Positions 57,167 to 64,000 of a stretch of DNA of 64,000 nucleotides are shown here, one piece after another. The stretch is from the NCBI GenBank assembly GCA_019057375.1, contig DXJF01000032.1, positions 8,560-72,559 of the forward strand, given 5' to 3'. The position numbers and the translations under genes were made by a program. Below the pieces are notes generated by a model. It was given only the letters and a program-made list of their open reading frames with translations. It ran no database searches and was not told the origin of the DNA. Each line of letters opens with the position of its first letter. Position 1 is the stretch's first letter. This DNA is from Candidatus Heimdallarchaeota archaeon. GTDB taxonomy: Archaea; Asgardarchaeota; Heimdallarchaeia; Heimdallarchaeales; Heimdallarchaeaceae.

Positions 57167-57293
57167 ATTAGTAAAAGCAATCTCTACGACTCTTTGGGTA
57201 TAAGATTATCTAAACCAAAAAATTAGTGTACAAAAAATCACACTTATAAATGCAAAACTCAAATACACTCAACCAATAATTATTGTGATTATA

Positions 57294-57539
57294 ATGAAAG
57301 ATAAAGTTCAAGCAACATTAAACGAAATCCGTGTAGCACTACAACAAGATGGTGGAGACATTGAACTTGTAGATGTAGAAGAAGATGGTACAGTAAAAGT
57401 AGAATTACAAGGTGCATGTAGAGGGTGTCCTTATAGTCAAATGACTTTAACTGGTTATGTAGAAAAAGTACTAAAGGAAAGAGTTCCTGGAGTTAAAGAA
57501 GTAGTTAATGTGAATCTTGAAGCTTTGAGAACAGAGTAA
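57294..57539 (+). CDS. NifU-like (Nfu) Fe-S carrier domain protein
   Basis: IR..LQQDGGDIELV, LQGACRGCP.SQMTL. Confidence 0.92.
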   Translation: MKDKVQATLNEIRVALQQDGGDIELVDVEEDGTVKVELQGACRGCPYSQMTLTGYVEKVLKERVPGVKEVVNVNLEALRTE

Positions 57540-57605
57540 CAGTTACACAAACTTTTTTATCTTAATCTCCGTTGTTTTTTTATTATAGCTTGCAGATGAT
57601 TATCA

Positions 57606-60149
57606 ATGACAGATTCTTTACCTCCTGAAATAGCTGCTCACAGAAACCGCATCAGTCCAGATTTAGCAGATTTTATTATTAAAGCACTTCAAGGCGAATT
57701 TACATCCGAAGCCTCTAAACAAATAGGGAGAATTTTATGGAATGTTATTGATGATCCTGTCTATGAGAAAGATGAGGAATTAAGGTATCTAGCAAGCAAA
57801 ATAGGCGTAATAACAGGGCAATATGATCTAGCAATCAAAGCGATTACAGATGACATTATAGGTACAAAAGTATGGGGGAGTGTTGCTCTTTTCGAAATTG
57901 GTGAGGTTGATGAAGCTATCTCTACTTTACAGCAAATAATAGAAAAGGAAACATCAGACTTTATGCCTCTTATAGAAGCCATTTTCTGGTTAGTATATCT
58001 GAAGCATTTAATTGGTGATTCAGAAAATATTGACAGCTACAAAACCATCTTAGAGGATATTTTTGATCCTCGAAATACGAGAAGAATACATCAACAAATT
58101 CAAGACATAAAGGATTTCACTGAAGGATTGATTGATCTTCAATCTGCAAGTAATATAGCTGGTATAAAGAAAATTGAAGAGTTTATTCACAAAAGAAAAA
58201 ATGCAGGAGATCAGTTTTGGCAGCTAATTGGATTATTAATACTTGGGGAACAACAACTTGATTCCTCTGATTATATTGCCTCAAATAAGATATATGTTCA
58301 AGCAAGAGTTTTAGCAGAAAACATATCTAATGTTCCTCTAATAGGAGCTGTTGATATCGGTTTAGCTCATGTTCATTATCTCAAAGGAGAACTAAAAGCG
58401 GGGAATATACTATCTGCACAAACAAATGATAAATTACAGGGAATTTCTCAATATTATCTAGCAAAAGGACATTTTGTTAGAGGTCAGATAATGATTAAAT
58501 TAGGTCATCATAAGATGGCAAGAGAAAGCCTTAATGTTGCTTATTCACTTGCTAACCAATATCGTGATTACAATAAATCATTCATAACTCTTTTAGCTAT
58601 TGCAGAAAGCTATGCAATTACCAATGAAAAGGATAAGGCTCAAGAGATTTTTGATAAAGCCTACAATCAAGTCGTAAATATAGGGAACAAAAGGCAATTT
58701 GCTCAAGCATTGGTGCAAATTGCTACCAGTGATTATAGGCAGGGAAAGTTTGATTCTGCATTAAAACGAGCAGATCAAATTGAAACATTATCAGAGGAGA
58801 TACAATATCAAAAAGGAAAAACCGATGCTTTACGGCTAAGATCTCAAATTAATATAACTCGAAATAATGAAATAGATAGAAATATCTTTACTCTTCTTGC
58901 TTGCCAGATTCTATATTTGGAAGTTGGTGATGAGGATAGTAGTGCTAACTGTGATATCTTAATAGCTGAGGGTTATACAAAGCTAGGTAATTCCCGAAAA
59001 GCAGCAATCCATTTAAATAATGCAAAAAACTTCTTCTTAAGAATTTCAGATAGTATGAAAATTGCAGAAATTAAAGAACTTCAAGCTTCATTTGATATAA
59101 ATGATGGTAAATTCGATGAAGCTTTAGTTAAGCTAAGATCCTCTTATAGTCATTTCTCTGATGTGTTTGATCGTAATAAACGTGTAGGATGTTTACGAAA
59201 AATAGCAGATATTTTAGCTCTGAAAGGAGATTTCAGAGAGAGTTTAGCAAGATATACGAAGGTACAAGGTCTCATAAGTGAAAACAATGATATGCTTGAT
59301 AATGTTATACTCCAGCTCAACAAAGCTAGAATTAGTCAGTATGCAAACAAAACTGATATTGCTAAAGAGAGCTACAAATTTGTAGAGAGGTATTTAAGAG
59401 AAAATAAACTTAAAAATTTATTGGGACAAATTTTGGTTGAAAAAACACTAATGTATATTCTTGAAGATAATGAAGAGCTTACAACTGAAATAATGTCTCA
59501 GATTCAAGAATTAACCAAAGAGGGTTATGAGGACTTCAAATACTGGTTATGTTATCTTGAAGCCCTTAAGGATATAAAAGCAGGAGAGTATGTTAAAGCT
59601 TATTCTGACCTTACAAGTATTCTTCAACAAACTTTGGAAAAGAAAAATATTATTTCAATAGGAATTCTATTCAATCTAATTCGTCTCGTGATTGAGATAA
59701 ACTCAGAAAATCTTGCAGATTTGTTTGTTTATCAGGAAGTAAATAACTACATCGTTCTACTTAAGGGGATTGTTACTGAAGGAAACTTCTACTATCTAAG
59801 AGGAATTACTTTTTTGGTCGATTTATTATGGCAATTCATGTCTAAAATAGAGAGTGACTATAATGAAATAGTTGTTCAAGCTTCTGAATATTTTGCTAGC
59901 ACAGGAATAGAAGAGTTTGGGAATCTACTTCTAACATTACAGTATAATATAGGAGATTGGGAAGGGCAAACTGAATCCAGAATTAGAACAATTTTAGGGG
60001 CCCCAAAATCTTATGAATCTCCAAAAATAGCATTGTTAGAAATTCTTGAGAAGTCCAATAAATCACTATTTATAGAAGAAATTCTAAGAACAGAGAACAG
60101 ATTCTTAAAAGAGATTAAATCCATGAAAGAAGTTAAAGATAAAAAATAG
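57606..60149 (+). CDS. Large TPR-like helical repeat protein
   Basis: Repeated G.Y..A...Y..A.....G....A..L..LG units. Confidence 0.78.
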   Translation: MTDSLPPEIAAHRNRISPDLADFIIKALQGEFTSEASKQIGRILWNVIDDPVYEKDEELRYLASKIGVITGQYDLAIKAITDDIIGTKVWGSVALFEIGEVDEAISTLQQIIEKETSDFMPLIEAIFWLVYLKHLIGDSENIDSYKTILEDIFDPRNTRRIHQQIQDIKDFTEGLIDLQSASNIAGIKKIEEFIHKRKNAGDQFWQLIGLLILGEQQLDSSDYIASNKIYVQARVLAENISNVPLIGAVDIGLAHVHYLKGELKAGNILSAQTNDKLQGISQYYLAKGHFVRGQIMIKLGHHKMARESLNVAYSLANQYRDYNKSFITLLAIAESYAITNEKDKAQEIFDKAYNQVVNIGNKRQFAQALVQIATSDYRQGKFDSALKRADQIETLSEEIQYQKGKTDALRLRSQINITRNNEIDRNIFTLLACQILYLEVGDEDSSANCDILIAEGYTKLGNSRKAAIHLNNAKNFFLRISDSMKIAEIKELQASFDINDGKFDEALVKLRSSYSHFSDVFDRNKRVGCLRKIADILALKGDFRESLARYTKVQGLISENNDMLDNVILQLNKARISQYANKTDIAKESYKFVERYLRENKLKNLLGQILVEKTLMYILEDNEELTTEIMSQIQELTKEGYEDFKYWLCYLEALKDIKAGEYVKAYSDLTSILQQTLEKKNIISIGILFNLIRLVIEINSENLADLFVYQEVNNYIVLLKGIVTEGNFYYLRGITFLVDLLWQFMSKIESDYNEIVVQASEYFASTGIEEFGNLLLTLQYNIGDWEGQTESRIRTILGAPKSYESPKIALLEILEKSNKSLFIEEILRTENRFLKEIKSMKEVKDKK

Positions 60150-60159
60150 ATTTTAACTA

Positions 60160-61452
60160 TCATTTCACTGAATGCAAAAAATCATCTATAATTTGTTTTG
60201 ATAATCCAAGGTAATTCATCGGATCAAGAATATCTTCAATTTCTGTGGACGAAAATATTTCTGCAACTATGGAGTTTGTTTTTGCTGCTTCTATAAAGTC
60301 TTCTTCATTTGATAATTGTTTGAGTAATTCATGTGCTTTCTGCCTTCCCATTTTGTCTGATAAACGAATCATTAGATGTTCTGCACATTGAGCTCCTTTC
60401 CGAAGATAGAGATTCTCTTTTATTTTTGGAATATTAAAATGCAGATTCTTCAAAATATCATTCATCTGTAGTAAGATATAATGGGTTAAAATCGAAGTTT
60501 CAGCAAAAACAACTCTTTCTGCACTTGAATTTGATAAATCTCTTTCATGCTCCAAACCCACGTTTTCTAGAGTAGGTTGTATTTTGCTTCGAATTATCCT
60601 AGCTAAGCCACAAATTCTTTCACTCTTTTCAGGATTCTTTTTTTGAGGCATAGTTGAAGAACCTACTTGCGTAATGCTAAAAGATTCTCTAATTTCATTA
60701 ATTTCGGTTCGTTGTAAATTTCTGATTTCTTTTGCGAAATGCTCTAAGACAGTAGCAATAAGTGCAAGACTGTAAATATAATTTGCATGAATTACTCTAG
60801 AAATTACCTGTGTAGTAATTGGTTGCTTCTCTAAATCTAGTTTTTCAAGAATTATCTTTTCAACTTCTTGGGTTCCATAGGATGCATAAGTTCCCACTGC
60901 TCCTGAAAATTTACCATAAGCAACTTTAGATCCTTCCAACGTTTTTTTCGCTAAAAGTAATTCATTTAGAAAATTCCCAAATTTCATTCCATAAGTTGTT
61001 GGTACCGCATGTATTCCATGTGTTCTCCCAATGCATGCCAATTCCTTATGCTCTTCAGCTAATTTAGTAACTATTTCAATTGTATTTTCTAAAGCGCTCA
61101 TAATCACTTTTTTAGCTTCTCTGAGTTGTAATCCTCTCATAGTATCCTGTATATCATAAGAAGTAGCTCCAAGGTGGATGTACCCACCATACTCACCACA
61201 TTGTTCAGAAATTGCAAGGACGAGACTCATAAGATCATGGTGGATTTCCTTCTCTATTTCTTTAGCTCGTTCCAATTTAACAAATTCAGGTATGCATTTC
61301 AATTGAATAACATCATTAGCTTCTTTTGGTATCTTTCCAATCTTGAAATTAGCATCAGCCAATTCCTTCTCTATTAACAGTTGTAATTCAAATTTTCTCT
61401 GTGATGAAAAAACATCATTTAAGCTAGTCTTATACCTTTCAATTTCGAGCAT
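60160..61452 (-). CDS. purB: Adenylosuccinate lyase
   Basis: HDLMS, HLGATSYD, GRTHG.HA.PTT.G, signature GSSTMPQKKNP, HERD.SNSSAER. Confidence 0.95.
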   Translation of the reverse strand: MLEIERYKTSLNDVFSSQRKFELQLLIEKELADANFKIGKIPKEANDVIQLKCIPEFVKLERAKEIEKEIHHDLMSLVLAISEQCGEYGGYIHLGATSYDIQDTMRGLQLREAKKVIMSALENTIEIVTKLAEEHKELACIGRTHGIHAVPTTYGMKFGNFLNELLLAKKTLEGSKVAYGKFSGAVGTYASYGTQEVEKIILEKLDLEKQPITTQVISRVIHANYIYSLALIATVLEHFAKEIRNLQRTEINEIRESFSITQVGSSTMPQKKNPEKSERICGLARIIRSKIQPTLENVGLEHERDLSNSSAERVVFAETSILTHYILLQMNDILKNLHFNIPKIKENLYLRKGAQCAEHLMIRLSDKMGRQKAHELLKQLSNEEDFIEAAKTNSIVAEIFSSTEIEDILDPMNYLGLSKQIIDDFLHSVK

Positions 61453-61518
61453 ATTACCACCTTACACTACAGTAAAGATATTTAGTATATTATAAAGCTG
61501 TCCGATACTAAATACATC

Positions 61519-62844
61519 TTATTGTTTCAATCTCTTCTTCTTTCTTACCGCAAGTGTGAGTACTGCAAGGAATGCAAATAAGTAAGCATAGTTTGAATGA
61601 TTTGTTGGTATATTGGGTACTAATTCGAAATTATAAGTTTGAGAATCTACACTTAAACTTGTTTCATTTAGAATTGTAAATTGAGTGAATCCTCTGTTAA
61701 AAAGGGGTTCTTGACGGTGATAAAGAGTCCCTCCATCTAGGTATAAATCTTCTTCATGTACATGCCCATAAAGAGCAACTTCTACTGGAAATCGTCTAAG
61801 AAAACTTGAAGCTTGACCGTGATCCCCTAATGGAAAATCATAGTGATAATACAGAATAGTTGCTTCATCGCTGTTTTGAGTTAATATTTGGTTAACTTCT
61901 TGAAATTCTTCAGAATCAAGTCCTTCAAACGATGAACCAAAACCTACCATGGTCCAATCCAGATATGTAAAGTTTTGATAACGAATAGGTCCAAGGTAGT
62001 TATACCAATTAACTTCTAATGTATCAGGAATCATGTTACTTTGAGAGAATTCATGATTCCCATGTATATAATACACAGGAAGATCAAGTGTGTCTAAAGC
62101 CCAAAGTCCAAGACGAAGCTGAATCTCTCCTCTCATATGCTCACCAGTCACAGGATTAAGAAAATACAAAGTTGGACCTTGTATTAAATCACCAGTAACA
62201 ATTACAAAATCTGGATTTAACGCTTTAATTTTAGCTAATTCTTCTAGATTGACATCTGAAGTATTAAAGTCTGAATAATATGAGGGGAAATGAGGATCAG
62301 ATATGTGTACAAATGTAAATGGATATGTCTTTTCCTCAATTATTTTTACTGCATGAGTCTGATAATCAGATCCTTCGCTACAATTTAATTGTAAATCATA
62401 TAGTCCCTCTTCCATTTGAGTTGGTAAGGTCTCAAAATACCATTTTTCATCAACATAATCAGATGAAATTATATTAAGTATTTGAGATGAATTTGTTTTG
62501 TGTAAAGTGAAATTCCAATCTGATGCGTTAGAAGAGCCAGTTGTAATTATATTCAGTTTTTCATTAAAAACAATTATAGAGGGGTTAGCTTTGTTTGGAT
62601 ATTGTATCATTCCAAAGAATCTAGCTACTAGAGTGTATCTTGGGTTCTGTGTTTCGTTAAAGAATTCCGTAGGTGAATTGGCAAAATAATTAAAACTAGG
62701 GTAATAGTCTTCTGGTTTTTCCTGTTTTGACAATATGTTTTGATGCGGAAGAATTAAACTCACTGTAAGAAACATAATAGCTAAACTCAATACAAATGAC
62801 TTGGATTTCATTTTATCAGATAAAAGAGATAACTCAGTATTCAA
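61519..62844 (-). CDS. Secreted calcineurin-like metallophosphoesterase with a C-terminal TM anchor
   Basis: HISDPH, TGDL, GNHE, GHVH; signal peptide; TM plus RKKKRLKQ. Confidence 0.85.
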   Translation of the reverse strand: MNTELSLLSDKMKSKSFVLSLAIMFLTVSLILPHQNILSKQEKPEDYYPSFNYFANSPTEFFNETQNPRYTLVARFFGMIQYPNKANPSIIVFNEKLNIITTGSSNASDWNFTLHKTNSSQILNIISSDYVDEKWYFETLPTQMEEGLYDLQLNCSEGSDYQTHAVKIIEEKTYPFTFVHISDPHFPSYYSDFNTSDVNLEELAKIKALNPDFVIVTGDLIQGPTLYFLNPVTGEHMRGEIQLRLGLWALDTLDLPVYYIHGNHEFSQSNMIPDTLEVNWYNYLGPIRYQNFTYLDWTMVGFGSSFEGLDSEEFQEVNQILTQNSDEATILYYHYDFPLGDHGQASSFLRRFPVEVALYGHVHEEDLYLDGGTLYHRQEPLFNRGFTQFTILNETSLSVDSQTYNFELVPNIPTNHSNYAYLFAFLAVLTLAVRKKKRLKQ

Positions 62845-63070
62845 AAAGATTCTGTAAAGACAATGGGTTGTGAGAAAATCCTTTTTTGATTTCCTTCATG
62901 AATTAAATGCAAGATATCCAAAAAATTAAACATCTGAACAGATGGTTCTCTTACATTAATTTCTGATGACCAGGGCAATTTCCTCAATTTAATAACATCA
63001 ATCTTCGCAGATTCAAACATTGAATAATCAATATTTTTTTTTATTACACCTTTCGTTGGATCTAACTTCT

Positions 63071-63385
63071 CTACCTGTAATAACTCAGGGAAAAGAAGGA
63101 GGAGTATTTTGCAAAATACTCTGGAAGGATTTGAGCACTATCAATTCTTATTTCCCCATTTTCCTTTGAATAGTATTTATCTAAAATATTCATGATTTTT
63201 TCAATTATAGAATTGATACTTCTTTGATTATAATCGTTATATTGTTCATCAGATAGATGATTTTCTTCTACAGATAATAGCAAATTTGAATTGTCTTTCT
63301 CATTTGTAATTATTGAAACATTTACTTTGGAGAAGGAGCTCTTGATAGTTTCAGTTTGCTTATTCTTTGTTCTTCCAATAGAAGA
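63071..63385 (-). other. Open frame without a convincing start; possible gene fragment
   Basis: The frame is open from the TAA at 63386 to 63071. The only start is a TTG at 63283. No motif recognised. Confidence 0.3.
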
Positions 63386-63499
63386 TTAAAGTAACAATAA
63401 TTTTAGAAGTAAAAACAAAAGAGGGTAAGACTCAAGAAGTAAAAGTTCAAGGTATATTGGGGGTTCCTGATATATAAAAAAAAAGAAAAAGAAGAAGAA

Positions 63500-64000
63500 T
63501 TAGGAAAACCCTCCTCCCCCACCCGTAGAAGGAATGCTGTTTGGATCATTAGGGTCTGAAGGATTCAATGGGCCTATACCATTTATCTCTAAATAATCAC
63601 TCCATCCATCTCCATCAGTGTCTGAACTGTATGGATTAGTGAAGTATATTGTAACCTCTTCATAATTGGTTAACGCATCTCCATCAGGATCTAAATTTGC
63701 ATCATTGACAAATGGATCTGTTCCATAAACTATCTCTTCCAAATCGTTCATGCCATCATTATCCGTATCTGAATCATGTGGATCCGTACCTATCCAATAT
63801 TCCTCAAAATTTGTTAACCCATCTCCATCAGCATCCTCTGAAGAATCATGAACAAGAGGATTGAAGTTCATGTTGATTTCCCATCCATCGGGCATGCCAT
63901 CACCATCCGTATCAGCTATCCAAGGATTGGTGTTGTACGTTAAAACTTCCTCTCCATCGGATAATCCATCATTATCTGTGTCAGAATCTTGAGGATCACA
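63500..64000 (-). CDS. Thrombospondin type-3-like Ca-binding repeat protein, 3' part (runs off the window)
   Basis: The frame is open to base 64000 (CDPQDSDTDNDGLSDGEEV...). About seven D.D.DG..D..E...GTDP repeats; ends PSTGGGGFS. Confidence 0.85.
   Translation of the reverse strand, partial: CDPQDSDTDNDGLSDGEEVLTYNTNPWIADTDGDGMPDGWEINMNFNPLVHDSSEDADGDGLTNFEEYWIGTDPHDSDTDNDGMNDLEEIVYGTDPFVNDANLDPDGDALTNYEEVTIYFTNPYSSDTDGDGWSDYLEINGIGPLNPSDPNDPNSIPSTGGGGGFS

Noticed and set aside
1-64000. CRISPR array, rRNA, intact IS or prophage
   Set aside because: No regularly spaced repeat-spacer units, rRNA-like GC-rich tracts, or integrase, transposase or capsid motifs were seen.
1-64000. Selenocysteine or pyrrolysine readthrough joining adjacent ORFs
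   Set aside because: Redox proteins (AOR, thioredoxin-like, Fe-S subunits) have complete Cys motifs. No same-frame ORF pair split at a catalytic position was seen.

Overview
AT-rich archaeal chromosomal segment, most consistent with an Asgard archaeon, probably Heimdallarchaeia-like. This is inferred from: class V FBP aldolase/phosphatase, tungsten AOR, split ADP-forming acetyl-CoA synthetase, a PAC2 chaperone, a C1:G72 tRNA-Tyr with a 37/38 intron, a Rab-like GTPase, and HEAT/TPR/longin-like proteins. The window holds about 65 CDS, one intron-containing tRNA-Tyr, no CRISPR array and no intact mobile element. The strongest candidate for an undescribed system is a translationally coupled minus-strand operon at 30257-33995. 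It encodes a DUF2207-like single-pass membrane protein ending in SGGG-(CA)6-GGGR, a PqqD/RRE-radical SAM-SPASM enzyme and a SAM methyltransferase, suggesting RiPP-like modification of a membrane protein tail. Other notable items: a 12 kb regulator-MoxR-DUF58 operon with five unknown membrane/surface proteins; a bacterial-type plsY at the left edge that the ORF track missed; three co-transcribed enzymes covering the same two gluconeogenic steps; a beta-helix/TM/longin-like receptor-type protein; a degenerate small GTPase; a degenerate MBL-fold protein; and PspA-like and CdvA-like coiled coils. All family assignments come from motif recognition by eye; no searches were run.
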